DNA of 64,000 bases, taken from Mobula hypostoma. Lineage: Eukaryota. The translations under genes and the position numbers were made by a program. Positions 50,895-64,000 of the stretch are shown piece after piece. The notes under the pieces are model-generated. The model was not told the origin of the DNA. It was given only the letters and a program-made list of their open reading frames with translations, and did no database searches. The DNA is taken from the NCBI RefSeq assembly GCF_963921235.1, contig NC_086097.1, forward strand, positions 42,038,001-42,102,000, given 5' to 3'. Position 1 is the first letter of the stretch. Each line of letters begins with the position of its first letter.

Positions 50895-51345
50895 AATTTC
50901 AAGATTCAGGGTTGTTTAATGTCATTTCCAGGTGACAAGTGTAAACAAAAATGAAATAATTGCTATTCCAAATCCAATGCAGCACAAAAAAAATCCACAA
51001 AAGATAAAGAACATAATAGAAAACACAATACATATAAATACATAAGATAGCTTACACATATACAGTAGATTGTGCATAAAGTGATGTTAGGCACAGGAGT
51101 GTCTATACATAAGGTGACTGACAGGAAATGATAAAGCAGTGGTGGTTGGGGATTGGGTGGGTTACTAGGTGGAAGTGTTAATCTGCCTTACTGATTGAGG
51201 AAAGTAACTGTATTTCAGTCTGATGATCCTGGTGTGGATGCTACATCACCTCCTCTCTGACAGGAGTGGGACGAACAGTCCATGAGCAGGGTAGTTTGGA
51301 TCATTCATGATATTGCTAGCCTTTTTTCAGGATCTTTCTGTATAA
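50895..51345 (-). mobile_element. Rex1/Babar-type 3' remnant
   Basis: Similar to other Rex1 3' ends in the window; AAGATTCA-like tail at the left. Confidence 0.55.
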
Positions 51346-52228
51346 TTGCAGAAATATAACATATTTCACAACATGTGCCAGTGATTAAATCTGATTCTGA
51401 TTCTGAAATGCTTCAAAATGTAATTCCTCAAATTATGTCTTTGAGTCTGTGCTTTTAAAATTTATCTTCCATGTGTGAGACATTTAATTGTTCTGGTCTT
51501 GGTTTCGGAATCATTTATGCTTCAATTAAAACGTTTACCCTAATTTTCATCTCATTATCTTTCATCTTACATTAATTTAAGATAGGAAAATGATGCAGGT
51601 GTGCTGATAAAACTCAGCACTAAAATCTTCCAGGAGTGACTCTGCCAAGTTTAGACCAACCCGTATCCCTCTGACTTAAGTCAAAATATTGTTGGAATAT
51701 TTACTGCAAAGTGAAATGACCATGTGAACCTGTTCATTATAATCCATATACTTTACACACATGTTGGCAAAGGCATCAAGATAAATGAATCAAAGGCAGG
51801 TAAATGACACGAGGCTATAGACCAATCATGATCTAATCAAGTTTTGAAGCAGCCTAAAGCAGTTTTACTAATACCATGTTTATCATTCTTCAAAACTGTT
51901 CTAAAATTACTTTTATCAAAAATAACAATTTTTTCTTTCTTTTGTTAAACTGTTCTCCATTAGTACCCCTGTAGCATCTTCACATATCCTTTCTGCATGT
52001 CTTTTTGCATTATTTCAACAGTTTGCAAAGGTTTCTTTCACAATTATTCATTGCTTCAAAATACACTAAATACCAAGATTTTATTCTGCTGTTCCTCAGA
52101 GAAAAATAGCAATTTTAACAATTCAAACTATAACTGTATTTCAATTTGAAGCCTATTGCCCATCCTCACTGGACTTATCTCATGTAGATAGTTTCATTTC
52201 CATTACAACCTAGGTGCATGAATACTCA

Positions 52229-53629
52229 AACAACACACATAAAAATTGCCGGTGAACGCAGCAGGCCAGGTAGCATCTCTAGGAAGAGGCACAGTTGACG
52301 TTTCAGGCCGAGACCCTTCGTCAGGATTAACTGAAAGAAGAGATAGTAAGAAATTTGAAAGTGGGAGGGGGAGGGGAGATCCAAAATGATAGGAGAAGAC
52401 AGGAGGGGGAAGGGATGGAGCTAAGAGCTGGAAAGTTGATTGGCAAAAGGGATATGAGAGGATCATGGGACGGGAGGCCTAGGGGGAAAGAAAGGGGGAG
52501 GGGGGAAGCCCAGAGGATGGGCAAGGAGTATAGTGAGAGGGACAGAAGGAGAAAAAGGAGAGAGAGAAAAAAAATTAATAATAAATAAATAAACAAATAA
52601 ATAAATAACAGATGGGGTACGAAGGGGAGGTGGGGCCTTAACGGAAGTTAGAGAAGTCAATGTTCATCCCATCAGGTTGGAGGCTACCCAGACAGAATAC
52701 AAGGTGTTGTTCCTCCAACCTGAGTGTGGCTTCATCTTTACAGCAGAGGAGGCCGTGGATAGACATGTCAGAGTGGGAATGGGATGTGGAATTAAAATGA
52801 GTGACCACTGGGAGATCCTGCTTTCTCTGGCGGACAGAGCGTAGGTGTTCAGTGAAATGGTCTCCCAGTCTGCGTCTGGTCTCGCCAATATATAGAAGGA
52901 CTCGTTGGGAGCACCGGACGCAGTACATCACCCCAGCCGACTCACAGGTAAAGTGTCGCCTCACCTGGAAGGACTGTCTGGGGCCCTGAACGGTGGTGAG
53001 GGAGGAAGTGTAAGGGCATTTGTAGCACTTGTTTTGCTTACAAGGATAAGTGCCAGGAGGGAGATCGGTGGGGAGGGATGGGGGATACGAATGGACAAGG
53101 GAGTCACGTAGGGAGCGATCCCTGTGGAAAGCAGAGAGAGGTGGGGAGGGAAAGATGTGCTTGGTGGTGGGATCCCGTTAGAGGTGGCAGAAGTTACGGA
53201 GAATAATATGCTGGATCTGGAGGCTGGTGGGGTGGTAGGTGAAGACAAGGAGAACCCTATTCCTAGTGGGGTGGCGGGAGGATGGGGTGAGAGCGGATGT
53301 GTGTGAAATGGGAGAGATGCACCTCCCGCCACCCCACTAGGAATAGGGTCCCATGATCCTCTCATATCCCTTTTGCCAATCAACTTTCCAGCTCTTAGCT
53401 CCGTCCCTTCCCCCTCCTGTCTTCTCCTATCATTTCGGATCTCCCCCTCTCCCTCCCCCTCCCACTTTCAAATCACTTACTATCTCTTCTTTCAGTTAGT
53501 CCTGATGTAAGGTCTCGGCCTGAAACGTCGACTGTACCTCTTCCTATAGATGCTGCCTGGCCTGCTGCATTCACCAGCAATTTTTATGTGTGTTGCTTGA
53601 AATTCCAGCATCTGCAGATTTCCTCGTGT
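52229..53629 (-). mobile_element. Penelope-like element (GIY-YIG + pLTR) with an inverted pLTR at 53345-53629; 15-bp TSD
   Basis: ORF 52638..52964: GVMYC...LYIGETRRRLGDHFTEH. TSD GTGCATGAATACTCA at 52214-52228 and 53630-53644. Long inverted terminal repeats. Confidence 0.95.
52292..52333 (-). ncRNA. Minimal hammerhead motif (core intact, helix I imperfect)
   Basis: Minus strand CTGACGA-AGGGTCTCGGCCT-GAAA-CGTC-AACTG. Confidence 0.7.
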
Positions 53630-55137
53630 GTGCATGAATACTCATTGCCTAGTTGATTGTCCTTTCCTGAAACACAAAACTGACTTGTTACAAAAAGGAT
53701 AAAAAGAACTTTGAAGTTTGTCTTTTATTTCCTTTCTGCTAGGGAAATGAACTTACCCTTTGTTGAGCCAAGATGCAAACATCACTTATGTTTCACACTC
53801 TATTTTGCAACTAGCACATGGAATATACCTGCTGAGGGTCGAATAGGAACTCAAGTCTACATTGATTTTCCTAACTGGAATTTGTAAGGAATTGTGAATT
53901 GAATTCAAACCTATTAAGCACTATTTCAGAAATTCTGGATTACACAAATATAATTTTCAGAAATTAGTTGCAAAAAATGAGGTTTTAACAACTCATGCCT
54001 TCAGCTTTCTTGTTACTAATGACTCTGACAGAATTTACAATTCTATTATTAAGTTCTTGATTTATGAACAACACAGTGGAAGATAGAATGCAAACGATGA
54101 AGGGCGAGGTGGGAGAGTTCATACAAAAACTAAAAAAAATCTTTAAAATGAAACAAACCTAATGATTTTTTGTTGGGCATTAATAATCATTAGTGATCAA
54201 ACCAAGCAGCAGAGTGGGATGTTCACAAATGTATTAATGTAACTATCTGTGCTTCATGTATAAAGCTACAAGCAAATTAAATTTTATTAGTTGTCACGTA
54301 AACACAGCTATAGTGGCATAGGATTATGTTTTCCATGTTGAAGGTTCTACAATTAAATGTTGATTAACTGCAGATCATTAAAGTAGCAGTTATGATTAAT
54401 CATTCTGAAAAACTTGTAATAACTGGTTTTGAAATAAAAACACATGGACCTAAATAAATCCATGATCATAATAACCAATATACAAACATGTTGTGGCTGA
54501 ATTATGAACAGTAATGCTGGTTACATAAGCATGGGAATGTACTGTATAAGCAAAGGTAATGAGCCTTGAATAAAACACAACATACTGGATTTTCTCAGCA
54601 CGTCAGGCAGTATCTTTGACAAAAGAAAGAGAATTAATATTTCAGATTTAAAGTTGCAGTTATTTTCATTGTAGTAAATGAAAATGTAAATTCTTTGAGC
54701 CCATGTTATGATCATTATGAGTATTCATCAACAATTTAAGGGGAAGTAGTTATTTCTATTCATCAACGATTTAAGGGGAAGTACACTGTTTTTGCTTTGC
54801 ACTTTTGCCTAATGAATCTTCAGGCTTGGGACATGGATTATATTCTTAATTCCTCCATGTCCTCACACTTTCCCATCCTCCAATCATTAATTTGATAGGC
54901 CTAATGCCATGCACTTGACTCCGATTTGTGCACCCCCACCCCCTTCAACCAGTATTGATGTTAAGTTCTTGTTCTTGCATTTTGTTTGCTTTAAAGCACC
55001 TCTTATAACCGTTTTGTTGACTTGACCTTGAACATCCATTTTGTTATGATTTGTTGCCCACTTGAATCATAAAGTCAACCTTTGACATTCTAGAATCGCA
55101 AGCATGCACCAGTAGGCTCAAGGATAGCTTTAATCCT

Positions 55138-55440
55138 AAACACTAGAAATTCTGCAGATGCTGGAATTCTGCAGCAAAAAATACAAAATGCTGGAGAAAC
55201 TCAGCAGGTTGGCCAGCAGCGCTGAGAGAATCACCAGTTAACGTCTCAGGCGAAGACACTTCATCAAGATGGGAAAGAAAGGAGGAGAATGCCAGAATAA
55301 AAAGGTAGGGGAGGAGAAGGAGGACAAGCTACAAAGTGATAGGAGGAGCCAAATGGGTGGGACAGGTATAGGGCTGGAGAAGATGGAATCTGATAGGAGA
55401 GGAGAGTAGACCATGGGAGAAAGGAAAGAAGGAGGGAGCC
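55138..55440 (-). mobile_element. Older PLE terminal repeat
   Basis: CTGCAGATGCTGGAA...CAAAATGCTGGAGAAACTCAGCAGG family sequence. Confidence 0.75.
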
Positions 55441-55539
55441 TCTGTATCTAACACATCATTCCCAGAATCATTCTAGTATTCACAGAGAATATACAACCAC
55501 TTCTGTGATACCAGAGACACAAGATGCATGTGGCAAGGA

Positions 55540-56110
55540 ATTCAGAGGATTAAAGACTACAAGTCAGTGAGCAGGACACTTCACTCCCTGACAGGCTGAA
55601 TGTCTTTTACGCCCGGTTTGATGCACAGAACAAAATGCTGGTGAGGAAGGCACCCCTCCCCCCAGGTGAGCAGACACTCTGTCTGGCTGAAGCTGAGATG
55701 ACGTAGACCCTGCCAGGTCAACCCACGCAAAGCTGCAGGGCCCAATATACCAAACTTTTACAGGACGGGTTGTAAAAGATGTGCAAACCAACTAACCTGA
55801 GGTGCTGAGAGATATTTTCAACATCTCTCTGAAAAAGTCCATTGTCCCCTCAGAACGTGGAGAAGACCAAAGAAACGATTGCGGACTTTTGGAAGGTGCA
55901 GATGAACCATCCCTGTCTGTGCAAACATAGATCCACCATAGAGGGAGTTAAGTGCACCAAGTTCCAAGGATCACTTCATCCGTGATTCCCTTGTCCCTCT
56001 CCACTAATCTCCCTCCTGGCGCATATCCCTGCAGGAGAGGGTAATGCCACACCTGCCCATTCATTTCCTCCCTCACCTCAATTCAGGGCTTCAAACAGTC
56101 CTTCCAGATG
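55540..56110 (+). mobile_element. Decayed Rex1-type RT fragment followed by a PLE fragment
   Basis: Similar to 62820-63060 (reverse complement) and to 17575-17727. Confidence 0.55.
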
Positions 56111-56733
56111 ACTGATTGCAAGATGCATTACTCTGGATAGATTTGATCTGGAAACAGCAACTGAAGTAGTGTAGGTAATTCCCCCAAATATCTGGGACAA
56201 TGTTCTTCACTCAACCAATATGGTTCAAAGCCATTGCACCTTTTTCAGCATGTACGTGTATAAAAGTAGCATCTCAAACCAATCTGTTGTAAATGAAGCC
56301 ATCGTAATATATTTGTGTAGAATTAGTAGTGCACAATACTATTGTGAGGTTTTGTTTTCAGCTGGACATCCAACCTAATTCTACCTTTCCAGAGATACTA
56401 ACGAAGCTCTACACTCTACAAATGATAGCCAGTGAGCATGCAGGTGACCAATTGATGGAATGCCAGAAATGGTGACCAAGACCAGGCTAATAGATTCACT
56501 TCTATACGTGGAAATTGAAAAGGAGTCTTCATTTCCTGCCAAAACACAAAATAGAAAGCTTGTTGGTATGGTATAAACAGTCTTTAATTCAAGACACGTA
56601 AGGTTTCTGCCAAATTTCAGCTAATGTTCTGAAGGAGATGTCTGTGGAAGAGTTCCTCCAGAATCTCTAATGGATTGTTGATATATACTGTGTATCAGTG
56701 AAATTCTGAAGAATTACAACTAAATACTGAGCA

Positions 56734-57717
56734 ATACACACAAAATGCTGGAGGAACTCAGCAGGCCAGGCAGCACCTATGGAAAAGAGTGCCCCTCGGC
56801 AGGTTTTGGCCCGAAACATCGACTGCACTGTTTTCCATAGATGCTGCCTGGCCTGCTGAGTTCCTCCAGCGTTTTAGACCTTAAGACAAAGGAGCAGAAG
56901 TCGGCCATTCGGCCCATCGAGTCTGCTCCGCCATTTTATCATGAGCTGATCCATTCTCCCATTTAGTCCCACTCGCCCACCTTTTCACCATAACCTTTGA
57001 TGCCCTGGCTACTCAGATACCTATCAATCTCTGCCTTAAATACACACAATGACTTGGCCTGTACTGCCGCCCGTGGCAACAAATTCCATAGTTTCACCAC
57101 CGTCTGGCTAAAAAAATTTCTTCGCATCTCTGTTCTGAATGGGCGCCCTTCAATCCTTAAGTCATGCCCTCTCGTACTAGACTCCCCCATCATGGGAAAC
57201 AACCTTGCCACATCCACTCTGTCCAGCCTTTCAACATTCGAAATGTTTCTATGAGGTGCCCCACATTCTTCTAAGCTCCAAGGAATACAGTCCAAGAGCG
57301 GACAAACGTTCCTCATATGTTAACCCTCTCATTCCCGGAATCATTCTAGTGAATCTCCTCTGTACCCTCTCCAACATAAGCACATCCTTTCTTAAATAAG
57401 GAGACCAAAACTGCCCACAGTACTCCAAGTGAGGTCTCACCAGCGACTTATAGAGCCTCAACATCACATCCCTGCTCCTATACTCTATTCCTCTAGAAAT
57501 GAATGCCAACATTGCATTCGCCTTCTTCACCACCGACTCAACCTGGAGGTTAACCTTAAGGGTGTCCTGCATGAGGACTCCCAAGTCTCATTGCATCTCA
57601 GAACTTTGAATTCTCTCCCCATTTAAATAATAGTCTGCCCGTTTATTTCTTCTGCCAAAGTGCATTTTGTGTGTGTTGCTTGGATTTTCAGTATCTGCAG
57701 ATTCTCTCATGTTTGTG
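56734..57717. mobile_element. Fold-back PLE insertion (about 190 bp without the insert), 15-bp TSD, interrupted by CR1
   Basis: TSD ACTAAATACTGAGCA at 56719-56733 and 57718-57732. Inverted arms 56734-56792 vs 56825-56870 + 57662-57675. Confidence 0.88.
56876..57661 (-). mobile_element. CR1 LINE 3' fragment, same subfamily as 39895-41955
   Basis: ORFs 57249..57584 and 56963..57316; very similar to 39897-40685. Candidate TSD GCGTTTT/GCATTTT. Confidence 0.92.
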
Positions 57718-59394
57718 ACTAAATACTGAGCACTGAATTCCTATCAGCAGATCAATCCGGACATTGAAATCTCCGCACTTGATGGCAACACGAATGAGAA
57801 CGAGCATTGCGTGCTCACGTCACCCACATACGATGTCAGTGTCCGAGGATCCAATCAGTTGCACAGGTTCATAAATTGCTCCATTTTCATCAAAGGAGAA
57901 TGGTGAATGCTTTACAAATCATACGTATAGGATGGCCAGGAAAAGACCCATGCATCCAGTCAGTATAACGCATGAAACAGTTTTTGGCTGACAGGGTCAG
58001 ACTTGTTCCCTGTTGGTCTGCTGCTGCTGCTCTAGTCACAGAACCTCAGAACGATAGGAATGTTACAACACAAGAGGCTGTCGTGGAAACACCCAGAGTG
58101 ACTTAGAGTTTCATTTTAAGAGTTTATCATGGAGAGCCTGTAGCAGTCTCCACCATCACCAGGGCTCTGATTTTTAGGTTATACTGAACTCATATTTATA
58201 CAGCAAGACAAACAACTTCAACATAACTTTGTTTGGCATCCCATAGGTCACTACATAATCAATCGCTTAAAAAACATGTCAATTATCTCTCAGTGCGGGT
58301 CTAACAGCTCTTCCTGCTTTCTGTTATCAGGACTCATAATTTACCCCCAGAGGCACCCTCCCTCCTGGTTCCAGGGGCCTAGTCTCTTGTTTATTGGAGT
58401 TCCTGGTACTGCGCTTATCATCCAAGGTTATCCTCGACATGCATCAGCAGTCTTGAGCCCAGCAGCTCCAGAATGGTCAAGTATCCCATCATACACCAGT
58501 TTTAACCATTTCTACCACAGAGGCCATTGTGCCTAGTTCTAGAAGAGCTATCCGACATGATCCCACCTTCGACACTAGATCTGTTATTCTGTAGGTTAGG
58601 GTCCGCCAAGTGTTGTTTAAATGTAAAGGGCATTTATGTCTCTACCACTCTTTCAGGTAGTTGTGATCCATACTGCCATCACATTCTGGTGTAAAGGATT
58701 TTTCCTTATTCTACGCTCTAATCCTTTTGATAACTCCTGTGAATGTATGGTCCCCAATTTTTGACCCCTCTGCTGGTCTTCATAATTTTGTATAGCTCAG
58801 TTCAATTATCTCATCCTCCTCTGTCCCAATAAAACCTCAGTTTTCCTCATAGTTACAACTTTCCAGCCCTGGCAACGTCCTAATTGATCCCATTTACACC
58901 CTCTCTAGTGCAAGCACAAATTTCTTGTAATATTGTACCTGTAACCTAATTCAGCTACAAACTCTGAGCTAACTAGTGTTTTGTACATTTCTGGCATGAT
59001 CTCCCTGCACTTGTATGTAATGCCTCCATTTTCCTTTTTAACCATCATGTCGAGCTACATGCCTCACTATCAGTAAAAGTCAGCTCACATTCACTCTGTG
59101 TGTTCCACAGCACGACTCTATTTCCTCCCATTTGCAGTGCTTTAGAGTTAGGGTGTTATACAGCATGGAAACAAGCCATTCAGCCCATCATATCCACACT
59201 GACCACCCACCAACTTTAATCCCATCCTCCAGCACCTACAGGCTTCTGAACAGTAGCCAGGATCTGCAGGGTACAAATTACAATGGGAGATAGTAAATAC
59301 ATGTAAAAAGAAAAATGTTACGATAGTCATGATGGATTTCAAAATGCAGGTAGATTGGAAAAATGAGGATGCTAGGTGGAAGATCACAATAGAG

Positions 59395-59962
59395 TACCTG
59401 GTAAGGCTCTGAAAACTTGTGCCAACCAACTGGCAGCAGTATTCAAAGACATTTTCAACCTCTCACTGCTATGTGCTTCAAAAAGTCGCCAATTATACCA
59501 CTGCCTATGAAGAATAATGTGGGCTGCCTTAATGAATATCGCCCGATAGCACTCACATCTACAGGGGTGTGTGCTTAGCCTACTGCTCTACTCTCTCTAC
59601 ACCCATGACTGTGTGGCTAGGTATAGCTCAAATACCATCTATAAATATGCTGACGATACAACCATTGTTGGTAGAAACTCAGATGGAGAGTGTACGGGAG
59701 TGAGATATGCCAACTAGTGGAGTGGTGTCAGAGCAACAACCTTGCACTTAATGTCAGTAAGACAAAAGAGCTGATTGTGGACTTCAGGAAGGGTAAGACG
59801 AAGGAACACACACCAATCCTCATAGAGGGATCAGAAGTGGAGAGAGTGAGCAGTTTCAGGTTCCTGGGTGTCAAGATCCCTGAGGATCTAACCTGGTCCC
59901 AACATATCGATGTAGTTATAAAGAAGGCGAGACAGCGGCTGTACTTCATTAGGAATTTGAAG
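59395..59962 (+). mobile_element. Internally deleted Rex1/Babar fragment (outer element A)
   Basis: KYADDTTIVG; ORF 59690..60007 NVSKTKELIVDFRK...KKARQRLYFIR, which runs into the tail of element B. Confidence 0.85.
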
Positions 59963-61305
59963 AATCAGAATCAGAATCAGGGTTATTGTCACCGGCATGT
60001 GATATGAAATTTGTTAACTCAGCAGCAGCAGTTCAAGGCAATACATAATCTAGCAGAGAAAAATAATAATAAATAAAATAAAAAATTAATAATAATAAGT
60101 AAACAAGTAAATCAATTACATATATTGAATAGATTTTTTAAAAACCTGCAAAAACAGAAATACTGTATATTAAAAAAAAGAGTGAGGTAGTGTCCAAAGA
60201 TTCAATGTCCGTTTAGGAATCAGATGGCAGAGGGGAAGAAGCTGTTACTGAATCGCTGAGGGTGAGCCTTCAGTCTTCTGTAACTCCTACCTGATGGTAA
60301 CCGTGAGAAAAGGGCATGCCCTGGGTGCTGGAGGTCCTTAATAATGGACGCTGCCTTTCTGAGACACCGCTCCCTAAAGTTGTCCTGGGTACATTGTAGG
60401 CTAATACGCAAGATAGAGCTGACTAGATTTACAACCTTCTACAGCTTCTTTCATTCCTGTGTAATAGCCCCTCCCTACCAGACAGTGATGCAGCCTGTCA
60501 GAATGCTCTGCACGGTACAAATGTAGAAGTTTTTGAGTGTATTTTTTCACATTCCAAATCTCTTCAAACTCCTAGTAAAGTATAGCCACTGTCTTGCCTT
60601 CTTTATAACTACATCGATATGTTGGGACCAGGTTAGATCCTCAGAGATCTTGACACCCAAGAACTTGAAGCTGCTCACTCTCTCCACTTCTGATCCCTCT
60701 ATGAGGATTGGTATGTGTTCCTTCATCTTACCCTTCCTGAAGTCCACAATCAGCTCTTTCATCTTACTGACGTCGAGTGCCAGGTTGTTGCTGCAGCACC
60801 ACTCCACTAGTTGGCATATCTCACTCCTGTACACCCTCTCGTCACCGCCTGAGATTCTACCAACAATGGTTGTATCATCAGCAAATTTATAGATGGTATT
60901 TGAGCTATGCCTATCCACACAGTCATGCGTATACAGAGAATAGAGCAGTGGGCTAAGCACACAACACTGAGGTGCACCAGTGTTGATCGTCAGTGAGGAG
61001 GCTATGTTATCACCAACCCACACAGATTGTGGTCTTCTGGCAATAAGTTCAGGATCCAATTGCAGAGGGAGGTACAGAGGCTCAGGTTCTGCAACTTCTC
61101 AATCAGGATTGGGGGAATGATGGTATTAAATGCTGAGCTATAGTCGATGAACAGCATCCTGACATAGGTGTATGTGTTGTCCAGGTGGTCTAAAGCCCTG
61201 TGGAGAGCCATTAAGATTGCATCTGCCATTGACCTATTGTGGCGAGAGGAAAATTGCAATGGGTCCAGGTCCTTGCTGAGGCATGAGTTCAGTCTAATCA
61301 TGACC
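59961..61305 (-). mobile_element. Rex1/Babar LINE 3' half (element B) with (GATTCT)n tail
   Basis: [34 protein letters not shown]; (AGAATC)3 at 59961-59978. Confidence 0.93.
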
Positions 61306-64000
61306 AAAGTCAAGTAGTCACTTTTTATTGTCATTTCGACCATAACTGCTGCTACAGTACACAGTAAAAATGAGACAACATTTTTCAGGACCATGGTGCT
61401 ACATGAAACAATAGAAAAACTACACTGAACTACGTAAAACAACACAAAAACTACACTAGACTACAGACCTACCCAGGACTGCATAAAGTGCACAAAACAG
61501 TGCAGGCATTACAATAAATAATAAACAAGACAATAGAGGGCAGTAGGTTGGTGTCAATCCAGGCTCTGGGTATTGAGGAGTCTAATGGCTTGGGGGAAGA
61601 AACTGTTATATAGTCTGGTCGTGAGAGCCCGAATGCTTCGGTGCCTTTTGCCAGATGGCAGGAGGGAAAAGAGTTTGTATGAGGAGTGTGTGGGGTCCTT
61701 CATAATGCTGTTTGCTTTATGAATGCAGCGTGTGGTATAAATGTGTGTAATGGCGGGAAGAGAAACGCCAATGATCTTCTCAGCTGACCTCACTATCTGC
61801 TGCAGGGTCTTGTGATCTGAGATGGTGCAATTTCCGAACCAGGCAGTGATGCAGCTGCTCAGGATGCTCTCAATACAACCTCTGTAGAATGTGGTGAGGA
61901 TGGGGGTTGGGAGATGGACTTTTCTCAGCTTTTGCAGAAAGTAGAGATGCTGCTGGGCTTTCTTTGGTGTGGAGCTGGTGTTGAGGGACCAGGTGAGATT
62001 CTCCACCAGGTGAACACCAAGAAATTTGGTGCCCTTAACGATCTCTACGGAGGAGTTGTCGATGTTCAGTGGAGGGTGGTTGCTCTGTGTCTTCCTGAAG
62101 TCAACAACCATCTCTTTTATTTTGTTCACATTCAGAGACAGGTTGTTGGCTCTGCACCAGTCCGTTAGCCGCTGTACCTCCTCTCTGTATGCTGACTCAT
62201 CATTCTTGCTGATGAGACCCACCATGATCATGTCATCGGCGAACTTGATGATCTGGTTCGAGCTGTATGTCACAGCAGTCATGGGTCAGCAGAGTGAACA
62301 GCAGTGGACTGAGCACACAGCCCTGGTGGGCCCCTGTGCTCAGTGTGATGGTGTTGGAGATGCTGCTTCCAATCTGGACTGACTAAGGTCTCCCAGTCAG
62401 GAAGTCTAGGATCCAGTTGCAGAGGAAGGTGTTCAAGCCCAGTAGGCTCAGCTTTCCATTCAGTTTCTGAGGAATGATTGTGTTGAATGCTGAACTCAAG
62501 TCTATGAACAGCATTCGAATATACATGTCTTTTTTGTCCAGGGTGGGTTAGGGCCAGGTGGAGGGTGATGGCAATGGCATCGTCTGTTGAACGGTTGGGA
62601 CGGTATGCAAACTGCAGGAGTTCCAGTGAGGTGGGCAGCAGGGTCTTGATGTGCCTCATGATGAGCCTCTCGAAACACTTCATGATGATGGATGTGAGTG
62701 CGACGGGACGGTAGTCATTGAGGCAGGACACTGAAGACTTCTTCGGCATGGGGACGATGGTGGCGGCCTTGAAGCACGTAGGAACGACGGCACTGCTCAG
62801 GGAGATGTTGAAGGTGTCAGTGAGAATCTCAGCTAGCTGGTCTGCACATCCTCTAAGCACTCTGCCAGTAATATTGTCTGGTCCAGCAGTCTTCCGTGGG
62901 TTGACCCTGCACAGGGTTCTCCTCACATTGGTCACGGTAAGACACAGCACCTGGTCGTTTGGAGGAGGGATGGTCTTCCTTGCTGCCACGTCATTTTCCA
63001 CCTCAAAACGAGCGTAGAAGTTATTCAACACGTCTGGGAGGGAGGCATCACCAGCACAGGCAGGTGGTGTTGTCTTGTAGTTGACGATGTCCTGAATGCC
63101 CTTCCACATGCGCAGCATGTCGCTGCTGTCCTGGAAGTGGCTGTGGATTCACTGGGCGTGTGCACACTTTGCCTCTCTGATGGGCCGGGACAGTTTGGCC
63201 CTCGCTGTTGTTAGGGCTGCCTTGTCACCTGCTCTAAAGGTGGAGTCTCGGGTCCTCAGCAGCGCACGCACCTCCGCAGTCATCCATGGCTTTAGGTTAG
63301 CGCATGTAGTGATAGTCCTGGCTACAGTGACGTCATCGATGTACTTGCTGATGTAACTAGTCACTGATGCCGTGTACTTCTCTAAGTTGGTAGAGTCGCC
63401 ATCGGTTGCAGCCTCCCTGAACATGTGCCAGTCAGAGTGCTCAAAGCAGTCTTGAAGAGCAGAGATGGCTCCTGCTGGCCAGGTTTTCACCTGCTTCTGA
63501 ACTGATCTGGAGCGCCTGACGAGCGGTCTGTATGCTGGGATTAGCATAACAGAGATGTGGTCTGAGTAGCCGAGGTGGGGGGCAGGGATCTGCCTGGTAC
63601 GTGTCAGGAATATTTGTGTAAACAAGGTCCAACGCATTCTCCCCTCTTGTTGCAAAGTCCCCATTCTGATGGAATCTGGGGAGCACTGATTTAAGGTTCG
63701 CATGGTTAAAATCTCCGGCGACAATAAACAGTCCATCAGGGTATACATTCTGCAGTTCATTAATAGCCCCATACAGTTCACAGAGCACCTCCTTAGCATT
63801 AGCACTGGGGGGAATGTAGACACTGACTATAAGAGCAGTGGTGAATTCCCGTGGCAGATAAAATGGTCTGCATCTAACAGTCACAAACTCCACTAGCGAT
63901 GAGCAGTATCTGGAAACCAGCACAGATTTCTTGCACCATTCCGTATTGATGTAAACACACAAGCCACCACCATGAGTCTTACCAGAAAGAGCTGCATCTC
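61306..64000 (-). mobile_element. Rex1/Babar LINE (element C), APE + RT, frameshifted, runs off the window
   Basis: [39 protein letters not shown]; 3' tail (TGACT)-like at 61306-61321. Confidence 0.95.

Overview
Eukaryotic, vertebrate-type intergenic or intronic DNA made up largely of nested, decayed retrotransposons. The element repertoire resembles that of cartilaginous fishes (inference). I found no host protein-coding exon, rRNA, true tRNA or CRISPR array that I can support. Recognisable contents: (1) the 3' end of a Tx1-clade LINE inserted into the integrase of a young Ty3/Gypsy provirus, which keeps one LTR, a tRNA-Trp PBS and a gag-pol -1 frameshift signal; (2) many Penelope-like element (PLE) copies with RT, GIY-YIG and terminal repeats carrying a minimal hammerhead ribozyme motif, several as inverted/fold-back or tandem insertions with 14-15 bp TSDs; (3) several CR1 LINEs; (4) several Rex1/Babar LINEs, including a probable triple nest at the right end; (5) a 2-kb L1 with both ends and a TSD but almost no ORF2; (6) RTE-clade pieces, including an ORF-less head+tail element and a fragment flanked by (TG)n; (7) a solo LTR nested inside another solo LTR; (8) a PIF/Harbinger remnant; (9) tRNA-derived SINEs. 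The most interesting signals are tiny fold-back PLE insertions whose junctions fall on the hammerhead core, and the ORF1-only (HAL1-like) L1. Family assignments rest on recognising motifs by eye; no database search was run.
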